Shown: positions 18,970 through 28,259 of the stretch, in pieces
How positions within the stretch are numbered: position 1 is the first letter of the stretch
Layout of the letters: each line of letters opens with the position of its first letter
Origin: Lachnospiraceae bacterium
GTDB taxonomy: Bacteria > Bacillota > Clostridia > Lachnospirales > Lachnospiraceae
Assembly: GCA_024403235.1 (NCBI GenBank)
Contig: JAKSSF010000008.1
Coordinates: 200 to 64,199 of the forward strand
Direction: 5' to 3'
DNA: 64,000 nucleotides
Made by a program: the position numbers and the translations under genes
Notes under the pieces: generated by a model
Database searches by the model: none
What the model saw: only the letters and a program-made list of their open reading frames with translations
Told to the model about the DNA's origin: nothing

Positions 18970-19692
18970 ATGGAACAAAAAAAGGTTTGGATTAGTGGTG
19001 CTTCCAGAGGAATCGGTAAGGCCATTGCCATAGAGTTTGCAAAAGCAGGCTATGCCCTGTATTTGAATTGCAGAGAACAAAAGACATTGTTGGAAGAATT
19101 CAAACTGCAATTGGAAACAGAGTATCGGGTTCCGGTTGAAATATTTGTGGCAGATTTGGGGAATTATACGCAGGTAGAAACTATTTTTTCTTCCCTTCCC
19201 CCCATGGATGTGATTGTCAATAATGCTGGCATTTCCTATATTGGCTTATTTCATGAAATGACACCGGAGGCATGGAAGCAGATTTTAGATACCAATCTTT
19301 CCAGTTGCTTTTATGTGAGCCAGCTTGGTGTGCAAAAAATGCTGCCAAACAAAAGTGGTAGGATTATTAATATTTCTTCTATTTGGGGAAATGTAGGGGC
19401 TTCCATGGAGGTGGCTTATTCCACCACCAAAGGTGGTATCAATGCATTTACAAAGGCTCTGGCGAAAGAATTGGCACCTAGCCATATTTCTGTCAATGCC
19501 ATTGCCTGCGGGGTGATAGATACCCAGATGAATCATTGCTTCTCGGAAGAAGAAATGGAAGCTATTATTGCAGATATTCCGGCAGACCGGTTGGGAAAAC
19601 CGGAGGAGGTTGGAAGATTAGCCCTACAACTTGCGAATGCACCGGAATATTTGACGGGACAAATCATTACCTTGGATGGAGGCTATATTTAG
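18970..19692 (+). CDS. short-chain dehydrogenase/reductase (FabG-like)
   Basis: Cofactor motif SGASRGIGKAIA, NNAG, catalytic YSTTK. Confidence 0.75.
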   Translation: MEQKKVWISGASRGIGKAIAIEFAKAGYALYLNCREQKTLLEEFKLQLETEYRVPVEIFVADLGNYTQVETIFSSLPPMDVIVNNAGISYIGLFHEMTPEAWKQILDTNLSSCFYVSQLGVQKMLPNKSGRIINISSIWGNVGASMEVAYSTTKGGINAFTKALAKELAPSHISVNAIACGVIDTQMNHCFSEEEMEAIIADIPADRLGKPEEVGRLALQLANAPEYLTGQIITLDGGYI

Positions 19693-19693
19693 A

Positions 19694-20605
19694 ATGGTAG
19701 ATGTATGTATTATAGGATTCGGCCCTGCCGGAATGGGAACTGCCTTATACAGTAAGCGGGCTGGATTGGAAACACTGATACTGGAAGGAACCGGCGTTAG
19801 CGGGGGACAAATTCTGCAAACCTATGAAGTAGATAATTATTTAGGCATGCCCGGAATCAATGGCTTTGATATGGGAATGGCCTTTCGCCAGCATGTCGAC
19901 GGCTTGGAAGTGCCTGTAAAAGATGGAACAGTAGATAGTATTGAAAAAACACCGGAAGGGTTTCTAGTTCATTTGCAGCAGGAAACTATTGCAACGAAAA
20001 CTGTTGTTGTGGCCACAGGAGCCAGCCATAATTTATTGCAGGTGCCTGGAGAGGAAGCACTTACCGGTATGGGGGTTTCCTATTGTGCGACCTGTGATGG
20101 CGCCTTTTTCCGGGGCAAAAAGGTGGTGGTAGCAGGAGGCGGAGATGTGGCCTTAGAAGATGCTATTTTTCTTGCCAGATTTTGCGAAAAAGTAACTTTG
20201 GTGCATCGAAGAGATGCTCTTCGTGGTGCAAAAATATTACAGGATACTTTGCTTTCCTTACCGAATGTGGAAGTAGTATGGAATACAAAGATTACGGAAA
20301 TCAAAGGCAGTGACCAGGTAGAAGCTGTGTCCATTGAAAATGTACTGACAAAAGAACAGCAGGACATGCCTGTAGATGGCGTGTTCATTGCAGTAGGCAC
20401 CCATCCTAATACAGAATTTATGGGAGAGTTGGTGGAAAAAGATAGCAGTGGATATTTAGTGGCAGGAGAGGATTGTGCTACTTCCGTTCCCGGTATTTTT
20501 GCAGTAGGCGATGTAAGAACAAAGGCACTGAGACAGGTTATCACAGCGGTAGCAGATGGAGCCAATGCAGTGACTTCTATTCAAAGCTATTTGTTGCATC
20601 ACTAA
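19694..20605 (+). CDS. trxB: thioredoxin-disulfide reductase
   Basis: FAD motif IIGFGPAG, redox-active CATCDG, NADPH motif GGGDVALE, GIFAVGD. The ATG lies 1 nt after the SDR stop, with a GGAGG inside the SDR 3' end. Confidence 0.88.
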   Translation: MVDVCIIGFGPAGMGTALYSKRAGLETLILEGTGVSGGQILQTYEVDNYLGMPGINGFDMGMAFRQHVDGLEVPVKDGTVDSIEKTPEGFLVHLQQETIATKTVVVATGASHNLLQVPGEEALTGMGVSYCATCDGAFFRGKKVVVAGGGDVALEDAIFLARFCEKVTLVHRRDALRGAKILQDTLLSLPNVEVVWNTKITEIKGSDQVEAVSIENVLTKEQQDMPVDGVFIAVGTHPNTEFMGELVEKDSSGYLVAGEDCATSVPGIFAVGDVRTKALRQVITAVADGANAVTSIQSYLLHH

Positions 20606-20615
20606 TTGTCGAAGG

Positions 20616-20636
20616 CAATGGTAAAATGTACCATTG
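20616..20636 (+). terminator. hairpin after trxB without a U-tract
   Basis: CAATGGTA-AAATG-TACCATTG (8 bp); no T-run follows. Confidence 0.25.
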
Positions 20637-20645
20637 GAATAAAAC

Positions 20646-20674
20646 TTGACAGAAAATAGCTTCAGTGATATATT
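20646..20674 (+). promoter_or_regulatory. sigma-A-type promoter for the NlpC/P60 gene
   Basis: TTGACA (20646-20651), 17-nt spacer, TATATT (20669-20674). Confidence 0.6.
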
Positions 20675-20744
20675 TGTAAATATACGTAACAAATTTGTAA
20701 TAAATTGTAAGAAATTATTTACAAGCATTCACTTGGAGGAAGCT

Positions 20745-21938
20745 ATGTATTATAGATATGTAAAAACTACATTGGCCACTTGCTTAGCAGTATGTACTTT
20801 GCTAGGTAACGGTGTAATGGCAGAGGCGAAAACAGCAGCCAGTGTATTGCCGGCAGCAGGGATTGGTCTTTCCCTGGAAGAAGGCAGTTCTTTAAAAGAT
20901 ATTCAAAAAGAGGTTGCAGCAGATTACACACAAAGCAACGAAACAAAAGAGAAAAAAGAAATCGTTGAACCAACGAATGTAACTTATACGAAAGAAGAAG
21001 TACAACAGGCTGTTGAAAAAAAGGAATTTTCTAGCTTGGTAATCGCACAAGTACATGATTATGTAAATGTACGAAGCATGCCTTCCGAAGAAGGAGAAAT
21101 TGTTGGAAAGTTATATGATAAGTCAGTAGGTACTTTCTTAGAGGAAGAAAACGGCTGGTATAAAATTCATTCCGGAAACTGTGAAGGATATGTAAAAGGA
21201 GAGTTTTGTGTTACCGGCGAAGATGCCGTGGAACTTGCCAAAAAGGTTGGTACCAGAATTGCTACAGTTAACACAACTACCTTAAAGGTTCGAGAAGAAG
21301 CTAGTATGGAAGCTTCTGTATTGGGTTTGGTGCCTATTGAAGAACAGTTGGTTGTTACTGAAGAATTAGATGGTTGGGTAAAAGTAGATATTGAAGAAGG
21401 TTTTGGTTATGTGTCTACTGAATTCGTTAACCTTAGTACAGAATTTGTAAAAGCTGAGTCTAAAGCGGAAGAAGAAGCCAGATTGAAGAAGGAAGCAGAA
21501 GAAAGAAGATTAGCCCAGGCAGCAGCCAACAAGTCTGCTAAAAAATCTTCTAAAAAATCCGGTACTTCCATTACCGCTTCCGCAACCGGTTCTGCAGAAG
21601 GCCAGGCAGTTGCAAATTATGGTTTACAATTTGTTGGTAATCCTTATGTATATGGTGGAAGCAGTTTGACAAACGGTACAGACTGTTCCGGTTTCGTCAT
21701 GAGTGTTTACAAGAACTTCGGTGTATCCTTACCACATTCATCTGCAGCGGATAGAAAAGTGGGTTACGATGTAGGTGGCTTAGACAATGCACAGCCTGGT
21801 GATATCGTATGTTATTCCGGCCATGTTGCTTTGTACATTGGAAATGGACAGATTGTACATGCCAGCACATCCAAGACAGGTATTATCGTATCTAATGCAA
21901 ATTACCGTAACATTTTAGCAGTTAGACGTATTTTCTAA
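20745..21938 (+). CDS. secreted cell-wall hydrolase: SH3-like repeats plus C-terminal NlpC/P60 domain
   Basis: Signal peptide MYYRYVKTTLATCLAVCTLLGNGVMA. Two SH3b-like modules (VNVRSMPSEEGEIVGKL...GWYKI; LKVREEASMEASVLG...GWVKV). NlpC/P60 catalytic block TDCSGFV...GHVALYIG. GGAGG RBS before ATG 20745. Confidence 0.85.
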   Translation: MYYRYVKTTLATCLAVCTLLGNGVMAEAKTAASVLPAAGIGLSLEEGSSLKDIQKEVAADYTQSNETKEKKEIVEPTNVTYTKEEVQQAVEKKEFSSLVIAQVHDYVNVRSMPSEEGEIVGKLYDKSVGTFLEEENGWYKIHSGNCEGYVKGEFCVTGEDAVELAKKVGTRIATVNTTTLKVREEASMEASVLGLVPIEEQLVVTEELDGWVKVDIEEGFGYVSTEFVNLSTEFVKAESKAEEEARLKKEAEERRLAQAAANKSAKKSSKKSGTSITASATGSAEGQAVANYGLQFVGNPYVYGGSSLTNGTDCSGFVMSVYKNFGVSLPHSSAADRKVGYDVGGLDNAQPGDIVCYSGHVALYIGNGQIVHASTSKTGIIVSNANYRNILAVRRIF

Positions 21939-21962
21939 TCGCAATTAATTAAAACAAAGATT

Positions 21963-21994
21963 AAGGACTGAGAAATATTCTCGGTCCTTTTTTT
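21963..21994 (+). terminator. intrinsic terminator after the NlpC/P60 gene
   Basis: AAGGACTGAGA-AATAT-TCTCGGTCCTT (11 bp, one G-U), followed by TTTTT. Confidence 0.8.
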
Positions 21995-22117
21995 ATCTAT
22001 TCAGAAAAAATGTCTGAAATTAAAAATTTTATATTTTTTTCTTGACAGAAAAGTGATTAGTGAAAATGCACAAACTTTGTAAAAGTATGTCAAAAAAAGA
22101 AGAATAGTTTAAAAAAG

Positions 22118-22188
22118 TTATCCACATATAAAAATGCCTATTTTTAAGGAAATATTACTTATACACCAAGTTATACACATTATACACA
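22118..22188 (+). promoter_or_regulatory. cluster of four same-strand DnaA-box-like 9-mers
   Basis: TTATCCACA at 22118-22126 (perfect consensus). TTATACACC at 22159-22167 (one mismatch to TTATNCACA). TTATACACA at 22171-22179 and at 22180-22188. Confidence 0.5.
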
Positions 22189-22444
22189 GGTATCAAAAAA
22201 TAATTCTATCTTTAATTAACAGGAAAGATGAAACATTTGTTTTGTAACATTTTTCTAAAGCAAAAAAAATCAACAAAAAAATTATATTTTTTACAATTGA
22301 AACAACAAAGAAAAAACTCTTAAAGTTTTCTGATAATTTAGGGATTTTATATAATTTTAATAGACAGATATGGGTAAAAATGCTAGAATAAGCCATAGTC
22401 TTTCCAAAAGACTAGAATCCAGCGTAATGACGGAGGGATACTAT

Positions 22445-22972
22445 ATGAAATTTATTATCAGCGGAAAAAACATTGATGTCACTCCCGGTTTGAGAACCGC
22501 AGTAGAAGACAAGATTGGAAAACTGGAAAAGTATTTTACACCGGAAACAGAGGTTCATGTTACCTTAAGTGTGGAAAAAGACAGACAAAAGATTGAAGTA
22601 ACTATTCCTGTAAAGGGTAGCATTATTCGTTCTGAGCAAAGCAGCAGCGATATGTATGTTTCTATTGATTTGGTAGAAGAAATCATTGAAAGACAGTTAA
22701 AGAAATACAAAACAAAACTGGCTGATCACAAGCAGTCCTCAGATCATTTTAGAGCGGAATTTCTGGAAAATGATTATATGGATGAAGAAGAAGTGCAAAT
22801 TGTCAGAACTAAGAGATTTGATATTAAACCTATGTATCCGGAAGATGCATGTGTGCAGATGGAATTACTGGGACATAATTTCTATGTATTCTGCAATGCA
22901 GAAACAGATCAGGTAAATGTAGTGTATAAGAGAAAAGGCAATACATACGGCTTGATTGAACCCGAGTATTAA
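22445..22972 (+). CDS. hpf: ribosome hibernation promoting factor, long form
   Basis: MKFIISGKNIDVTPGLRTAVEDKIGKLEKYF (S30AE domain) plus a C-terminal dimerisation domain (MELLGHNFYVFCNAETDQVNVVYKRKGNTYGLIEP). GGAGGG RBS before ATG 22445. Confidence 0.9.
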   Translation: MKFIISGKNIDVTPGLRTAVEDKIGKLEKYFTPETEVHVTLSVEKDRQKIEVTIPVKGSIIRSEQSSSDMYVSIDLVEEIIERQLKKYKTKLADHKQSSDHFRAEFLENDYMDEEEVQIVRTKRFDIKPMYPEDACVQMELLGHNFYVFCNAETDQVNVVYKRKGNTYGLIEPEY

Positions 22973-23025
22973 AGCTTAAAGCAGGGAGAAAATTCTTGTA
23001 TCAAAATGTATATTTTGTATAATAA

Positions 23026-23053
23026 AAGGAGAAGCGAAATGCTTCTCCTTTTT
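23026..23053 (+). terminator. intrinsic terminator after hpf
   Basis: AAGGAGAAGC-GAAAT-GCTTCTCCTT followed by TTT. Confidence 0.8.
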
Positions 23054-23123
23054 GTGTAAAAGTTGATTATGCACTAATGGCTTTAGAGAAAAAATTTCAA
23101 GTACATTTTGGAGAAACAAGAAA

Positions 23124-24995
23124 ATGGGATATTTTAACTGTATCGTTTTTATATTGGTTCTTTTATGGCTTGTCTATCAAACGAAAGAACCACTCTGTCA
23201 ATTGCTTCCTATGGAAGTCAGTGGGTATATGCTGCTTTTATTTGTATTGGCATTCTTTCGTCATCTTTCCTGGATGGATGGGATTTCTGTAGTCTTATTG
23301 ATTGGATTGGGTATATGGATATACATACAACAAAAGAATCAGAAAGTGGGATGGTGGAAGGAATTTTTAGCGCCCCTGGGAGAAGGATCCACTTGGATGG
23401 TTTTACTGACCACTGTGTTGGTTTCCGTTTTGGCGAAGGACCGGATTGCCCTTTGGTGGGATGATATTAACTTTTGGGCGACGGATGTGAAAAGTATTTA
23501 TTTCCTGGATGGGTTTGCAGGGAAATACGGCAATGTAGCACCGGAATTTGGAGATTATCCACCTGCTACCCAATTGGTAAAATGGTGGTTTTTACATCTT
23601 TCCCCCAAAAAGTTTCAGGAAGGCTTGATGTTTTCCGGATATTATACTTTGCTGGTAATTTTTTTGGCGCCTCTCTGGGGACAAATCAAAGGGAAAAACC
23701 CCATTTCCTATCTGTTAGGGGCCTTGGGATTGGTTTTAACCCCCAGTGTCATGGAAACTTTTTATTTAGAAGGCTGTAGTGCGGATCTACCTATGGGGCT
23801 TGCCTATGGATATTTTTTGTGGTCTGTGGTAGATACAAAAAAGCATACCAAAGGATTCTATTATGGACGATTGAGTTTGGCTTTAAGCTTTGCAGTGTTA
23901 TGTAAAAGTGTGGGCATGGAATGGGTGATTTTCGGGGCCATCTTTTTGATAGGCTGGAGTGCTTTTCAATCTGGAAAAGAAAAGAAAGCCTATCCCTGGA
24001 AAGAAATCCTTGGCACGCTGTTGTTGCCTTGTTTGGTGGAAGGCACCTGGTTACTTTCCTGCCTGTTAAAACGACGGGTGGCCAAGCTTACCGGTGCAGG
24101 ACTAAAAATGGTGGTCAGTGCTTCCATACCGGATACAGGGTATGGGAAAGAGATGCTGAAGGCTTTTGCGCAGGGCTTTGCGTTGACACCTATTCACAGA
24201 GAAAAAACAGTAGTATTTGATTTGTCCGTAATTGCCTTGTTGGGTATTTATATCATTCTGTTTATGTTATGTAAAAAAGAAAAGATTTGGACAAAAGGTG
24301 AAAGTAGATTTTTGGCCTGCTTTTTTGGTTTTACAGCATTGATTACCTATGGCCTGACTTTGCTTGCTCATTTTACGATTTTTGCGGGAGAAACCCAATA
24401 CCTGATTCCTACCGTTATGACAGCTTCCATTGAGCGCTATGGGGTGCCTTTTACTATGGGCTGTTGGTATTTCTTCTTTGGTATTTTGCTTACAAAATGG
24501 GACAGGAAAAATGCTTTTGCATTGATGGCGCTTCTGGTATTTTTATGTAGTCATTACAGTGGCGTATATCATGCCTTTTGGGGATATAGGCAAACGCTGG
24601 AAACAGATAAGATAGAACGGGAAAGCTTTTATGATAAAGAGGCACAACAGTTTGGCGCCTCCATTGGAGAAGTATGGAAAGATGGCAAGAGTCGTATTTT
24701 ATATTTGCGGGATGGAAGTAGCGCCCATTGGGTAAGAGATTCCTATACCAGCTTTTTTGTTTCCCCGGCGGCGGTAGTGTACGGGAATGCAGGGGGAGAA
24801 TTTGATGCCTATTTGCAGGAAACCATAGTAAATTCTCATGCATCCTACCTGTACGTGGATCCTTTGGATAGTCCCCCAGACCAGTTCTTACAGGAACATT
24901 GTGAAGAAGAATTTGCCTATGGACAACTGTATGAGATTTGTTCTCCGGAGAATGATTTGACCTTACGAAAAGTTAGCAATATTGCCTATGAATAA
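23124..24995 (+). CDS. polytopic membrane protein, GT-C-fold glycosyltransferase-like (function unproven)
   Basis: 623 aa with about 12 or more hydrophobic segments. A DD motif lies in an early loop (LWWDDINFWATD). The C-terminal soluble domain is about 150 aa. Confidence 0.45.
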   Translation: MGYFNCIVFILVLLWLVYQTKEPLCQLLPMEVSGYMLLLFVLAFFRHLSWMDGISVVLLIGLGIWIYIQQKNQKVGWWKEFLAPLGEGSTWMVLLTTVLVSVLAKDRIALWWDDINFWATDVKSIYFLDGFAGKYGNVAPEFGDYPPATQLVKWWFLHLSPKKFQEGLMFSGYYTLLVIFLAPLWGQIKGKNPISYLLGALGLVLTPSVMETFYLEGCSADLPMGLAYGYFLWSVVDTKKHTKGFYYGRLSLALSFAVLCKSVGMEWVIFGAIFLIGWSAFQSGKEKKAYPWKEILGTLLLPCLVEGTWLLSCLLKRRVAKLTGAGLKMVVSASIPDTGYGKEMLKAFAQGFALTPIHREKTVVFDLSVIALLGIYIILFMLCKKEKIWTKGESRFLACFFGFTALITYGLTLLAHFTIFAGETQYLIPTVMTASIERYGVPFTMGCWYFFFGILLTKWDRKNAFALMALLVFLCSHYSGVYHAFWGYRQTLETDKIERESFYDKEAQQFGASIGEVWKDGKSRILYLRDGSSAHWVRDSYTSFFVSPAAVVYGNAGGEFDAYLQETIVNSHASYLYVDPLDSPPDQFLQEHCEEEFAYGQLYEICSPENDLTLRKVSNIAYE

Positions 24996-25029
24996 GCCTT
25001 GGAAATTTGTCGGCAGAAGGTTTTTGTTG

Positions 25030-25058
25030 TTGATAAAACGCCCTTCCTATGGTAAGAT
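25030..25058 (+). promoter_or_regulatory. sigma-A-type promoter for the butyryl-CoA operon
   Basis: TTGATA (25030-25035), 17-nt spacer, TAAGAT (25053-25058). An inverted repeat GCAATGA-13 nt-TCATTGC (25070-25096) sits in the leader. Confidence 0.5.
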
Positions 25059-25162
25059 GGAAATAATCGGCAATGACAAAAAATAACAATCATTGCATAG
25101 AAAAATCACAGTTGAAAGATACTGTATTATAAAGCTTATAAGCAAGAAAGGAGTCATTTATC

Positions 25163-26344
25163 ATGGCAAAAAAAGTAGTTTTAGCAGGTGCTTGTCGTAC
25201 CGCTATCGGAACTATGGGTGGATCTCTTTCCACAACACCAGCTCCAGAGCTTGGTGCAATCGTAATCAAAGAAGCATTAAAGAGAGCAGGAGTTGCTCCT
25301 GAGGCAGTGGACCATGTTTACATGGGATGTGTTATTCAGGCAGGTCTTGGACAGAACGTAGCTCGTCAGGCTTCTATTAAAGCAGGCTTACCAGTAGAAA
25401 CTCCAGCAGTTACTGTTAACGTTGTATGTGGTTCTGGTTTGAACTGTGTTAACATGGCAGCTCAGATGATTCAGGCTGGGGATGCAGATATCGTAGTAGC
25501 AGGTGGTATGGAAAATATGTCTATGGCTCCTTACGCTATGATGCAGGGCCGTTTCGGTTACAGAATGAACAATGGTAAATTAGTAGATACCATGGTAAAT
25601 GACGCATTATGGGATGCTTTCAATGACTATCATATGATTAAAACTGCTGATAATGTAGCAGAGCAATGGGGACTTACCAGAGAAGAATTAGATGAGTTCG
25701 CATTAAACAGCCAGAAGAAAGCAGAAGCTGCTCAGGCTGCCGGCGCTTTCGTGGATGAAATCGTACCTGTTATGGTAAAGAAGAAAAAAGAAATGGTGGA
25801 ATTCAAAGTAGATGAAGGCCCTCGTGCTGGTTCTACTATTGAAGGTCTTGCAAAACTTCGTCCTATCAATCCTGACGGATACGTAACAGCTGGTAATGCT
25901 TCCGGTATCAATGATGGTGCTGCTGCAATCGTTGTTATGAGCGAAGAAAAAGCAAAAGAATTAGGTGTAAAACCTATGGCTACATTCGTAGCTGGTGCAC
26001 TTGGCGGTGTAGATCCTTCTATCATGGGTGTAGGTCCTGTTCCTGCAACAAAGAAGGCTATGGCTAAGGCTGGCATGAAGATTGAAGATTTTGATATTAT
26101 CGAAGCTAACGAAGCATTTGCTGCTCAGTCTGTAGCAGTAGGTCGTGACCTTGGCATTGATGTAGAAAAACAGTTAAATCCTAACGGTGGTGCTATCGCA
26201 TTAGGACATCCTGTTGGAGCAAGCGGATGCCGTATCTTAGTTACTCTGCTTCATGAGATGGAAAAAGCAGATGCTAAGAAGGGTCTTGCAACACTTTGTA
26301 TCGGTGGTGGTATGGGTTGTGCTACTATCGTTGAAAGAGACTAA
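25163..26344 (+). CDS. thl: acetyl-CoA C-acetyltransferase (thiolase)
   Basis: 393 aa. Active-site Cys block VNVVCGSGL, His block [18 protein letters not shown]-terminal CIGGGMG. Confidence 0.95.
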   Translation: MAKKVVLAGACRTAIGTMGGSLSTTPAPELGAIVIKEALKRAGVAPEAVDHVYMGCVIQAGLGQNVARQASIKAGLPVETPAVTVNVVCGSGLNCVNMAAQMIQAGDADIVVAGGMENMSMAPYAMMQGRFGYRMNNGKLVDTMVNDALWDAFNDYHMIKTADNVAEQWGLTREELDEFALNSQKKAEAAQAAGAFVDEIVPVMVKKKKEMVEFKVDEGPRAGSTIEGLAKLRPINPDGYVTAGNASGINDGAAAIVVMSEEKAKELGVKPMATFVAGALGGVDPSIMGVGPVPATKKAMAKAGMKIEDFDIIEANEAFAAQSVAVGRDLGIDVEKQLNPNGGAIALGHPVGASGCRILVTLLHEMEKADAKKGLATLCIGGGMGCATIVERD

Positions 26345-26440
26345 TTTAACAGCAAAAAAGCGGATAAGCAGACTGGAATACTGGCCTGCTTTTCCTGCTG
26401 TAATGATAGTAAACTAAAATGCACATAGGAGACTGTGAAA

Positions 26441-27226
26441 ATGGAATTTATTTTATATGAAGTAAAGGGTGCTGTTGCAACCATTACAATCAATCGTGAA
26501 AGAGCATTAAATGCTTTGAATTCTACAGTTTTAGATGAATTAAATGCATGTTTGGATGCAGTTGATTTAGATACTGTTAGATGTTTAATCTTAACAGGTG
26601 CCGGCGTTAAATCTTTCGTAGCTGGTGCTGATATCGGCGAAATGAGCTCTTTAACAAAGGCAGAAGGCGAAGCTTTCGGTAAGAAAGGAAATGATGTATT
26701 CCGTAAATTAGAAACCTTCCCTATTCCTGTAATCGCTGCAATCAATGGCTTTGCACTTGGCGGCGGCTGTGAAATCGCTATGAGCTGTGACATCAGAATT
26801 TGTTCTGATAATGCTGTATTTGGTCAGCCTGAAGTTGGTCTTGGTATTACCCCTGGTTTCGGTGGTACACAAAGGCTTGCTCGTCTTGTAGGCGCTGGTA
26901 TGGCAAAACAGATGATTTATACAGCAAGAAATATTAAGGCTGATGAAGCACTTCGTATTGGTCTTGTAAATGCTATTTATACACAGGAAGAATTAATTCC
27001 TGCAGCAGAAAAAATGGCAGCTGGCATTGCAAAGAACGCTCCTATCGCTGTTCGTAATTGCAAGAAAGCAATCAACGAAGGCTTAGATGTAGATATGGAT
27101 CAGGCAATCGTGATTGAAGAAAAATTATTTGGTGACTGTTTCGAAACAGAAGACCAGAAGTATGGTATGGCTTTCTTCCTTGACAAAAACAAAGAAAAAG
27201 TAAAAGAACCATTCAAAAACTGCTAA
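26441..27226 (+). CDS. crt: short-chain enoyl-CoA hydratase (crotonase)
   Basis: GAGVKSFVAGADI and INGFALGGGCEIAM motifs. I chose ATG 26441 over GTG 26435 because the AGGAG RBS is 9 nt upstream. Confidence 0.92.
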   Translation: MEFILYEVKGAVATITINRERALNALNSTVLDELNACLDAVDLDTVRCLILTGAGVKSFVAGADIGEMSSLTKAEGEAFGKKGNDVFRKLETFPIPVIAAINGFALGGGCEIAMSCDIRICSDNAVFGQPEVGLGITPGFGGTQRLARLVGAGMAKQMIYTARNIKADEALRIGLVNAIYTQEELIPAAEKMAAGIAKNAPIAVRNCKKAINEGLDVDMDQAIVIEEKLFGDCFETEDQKYGMAFFLDKNKEKVKEPFKNC

Positions 27227-27309
27227 TTTGATAAAAGTTAGTGAAAAAGAAAAGTAACAGGACTTTAGGAAAACCTGAAAAAATAAAAAATTATTAGGAG
27301 GAGACAACA

Positions 27310-28182
27310 ATGAAAGTTGGCGTAATTGGCGCTGGTACTATGGGCCAGGGTATTGCAAAAGCATTTGCTCAGGTAGATGGTTACACAGTTGCTCTTTGTG
27401 ACATCAAACAGGAATGGGCTGAAGGCGGAAAGGACAAAATCGCTAAAGGCTACGCAAAATTAGTAGAAAAAGGAAAAATGACTCAGGAAACTGTAGATGG
27501 TATTCTTGCAAGCATTACTCCTGGTCTGAAAGAAGACCTTTGTGCAGATTGTGATTTAATCGTAGAAGCTGCATTTGAAAACATGGAAGTTAAGAAAACT
27601 ACATTTGGTGAATTAGACAAGATCTGCAAACCAGAATGTATCTTTGCTTCTAACACATCTTCTCTTTCTATTACAGAAATCGGTAATGGCTTAACTCGTC
27701 CTATGATTGGTATGCATTTCTTCAATCCTGCTGATCGTATGAAATTAGTTGAAGTAATTGCTGGCGTAAATACACCTGATGAAACTGTAGAAGCTATCAA
27801 GAAGATTTCTGCAGAAATCGGTAAAACAGCTGTACAGGTGAATGAAGCTGCTGGTTTCGTTGTAAACCGTATCTTAATCCCTATGATTAACGAAGCTGCT
27901 TTCATTAAGATGGAAGGTGTTTCTGATGTAGCTGGTATTGATGCAGCTATGAAACTTGGCGCAAATCATCCAATGGGACCTTTGGAATTAGGTGATTTCA
28001 TTGGTTTGGATATCTGCCTTGCTATTATGGACGTTCTTTACAACGAAACAGGTGACAGCAAATATCGTGCATGTCCATTGATTCGTAAGATGGTTCGTGG
28101 TGGTAATCTTGGTGCTAAGAGCGGTAAAGGTTTCTACATTTACAATGCTGACCGTACAAAAACACCAGTTGATGCACAGTAA
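27310..28182 (+). CDS. hbd: 3-hydroxybutyryl-CoA dehydrogenase
   Basis: Rossmann motif VIGAGTMGQGIA; NTSSLSITE; 290 aa. Confidence 0.94.
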   Translation: MKVGVIGAGTMGQGIAKAFAQVDGYTVALCDIKQEWAEGGKDKIAKGYAKLVEKGKMTQETVDGILASITPGLKEDLCADCDLIVEAAFENMEVKKTTFGELDKICKPECIFASNTSSLSITEIGNGLTRPMIGMHFFNPADRMKLVEVIAGVNTPDETVEAIKKISAEIGKTAVQVNEAAGFVVNRILIPMINEAAFIKMEGVSDVAGIDAAMKLGANHPMGPLELGDFIGLDICLAIMDVLYNETGDSKYRACPLIRKMVRGGNLGAKSGKGFYIYNADRTKTPVDAQ

Positions 28183-28259
28183 TATTTAGAAATTTAGGAA
28201 GGAGGATGTATCCTTCTTCCTTTAATGAATTTATTAATTTAATGGAGGATTAAATAATC

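Noticed and set aside
20607-20613. TGTCGAA (Spo0A-box core) about 35 nt upstream of the NlpC/P60 promoter.
   Set aside because: A 7-mer is expected several times by chance on both strands of 64 kb. A single copy is not evidence of Spo0A control.
20646-20744. TTG-initiated 33-codon extension of the NlpC/P60 ORF.
   Set aside because: The TTG is the first base of a TTGACA-17-TATATT promoter. ATG 20745 follows a GGAGG RBS and begins a proper signal peptide.
22370-22444. 25-codon extension upstream of hpf.
   Set aside because: GGAGGG lies immediately before ATG 22445, and MKFIISGKN is the canonical HPF N-terminus.
22000-22444. Interpreting the DnaA-box cluster as the chromosomal origin (oriC).
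   Set aside because: No dnaA, dnaN or rpmH lies nearby, and Firmicute origins normally flank dnaA. I kept it only as a DnaA-box cluster of unknown role, pending GC-skew and whole-genome context.
22995-23023. Promoter-like TTGTAT-16-TATAAT directly in front of the hpf terminator.
   Set aside because: A transcript from it would start inside the terminator stem. AT-rich 3' regions commonly contain such chance matches. I could not support it further, although a read-in promoter for the 23124 gene cannot be excluded.
23165-24220. Alternative-frame + strand ORFs inside the 623-aa membrane protein gene (23165-23464, 23474-23779, 23921-24220).
   Set aside because: The long uninterrupted frame with regular hydrophobic helices is the coding one, and the others are short and fragmented. 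The pattern could in principle flag frameshifts, but the main frame is intact end to end.
24996-25162. Search for a Rex operator upstream of thl (and upstream of crt and hbd).
   Set aside because: I saw no sequence with the correct half-site symmetry or spacing. Only the unrelated inverted repeat is reported.
26345-26434. Possible terminator between thl and crt (AAGCAG...CTGCTT).
   Set aside because: It has only 6 bp, a 15-nt loop and no T-run, so it is too weak to call.
26341-26793. Long antisense ORFs (26341-26793, 27483-27905, 36351-36848, 29424-29705, 20080-20565).
   Set aside because: They lie opposite well-supported genes with strong motif content. Their Ala/Ser/Pro-rich composition is typical of reverse-frame artefacts.
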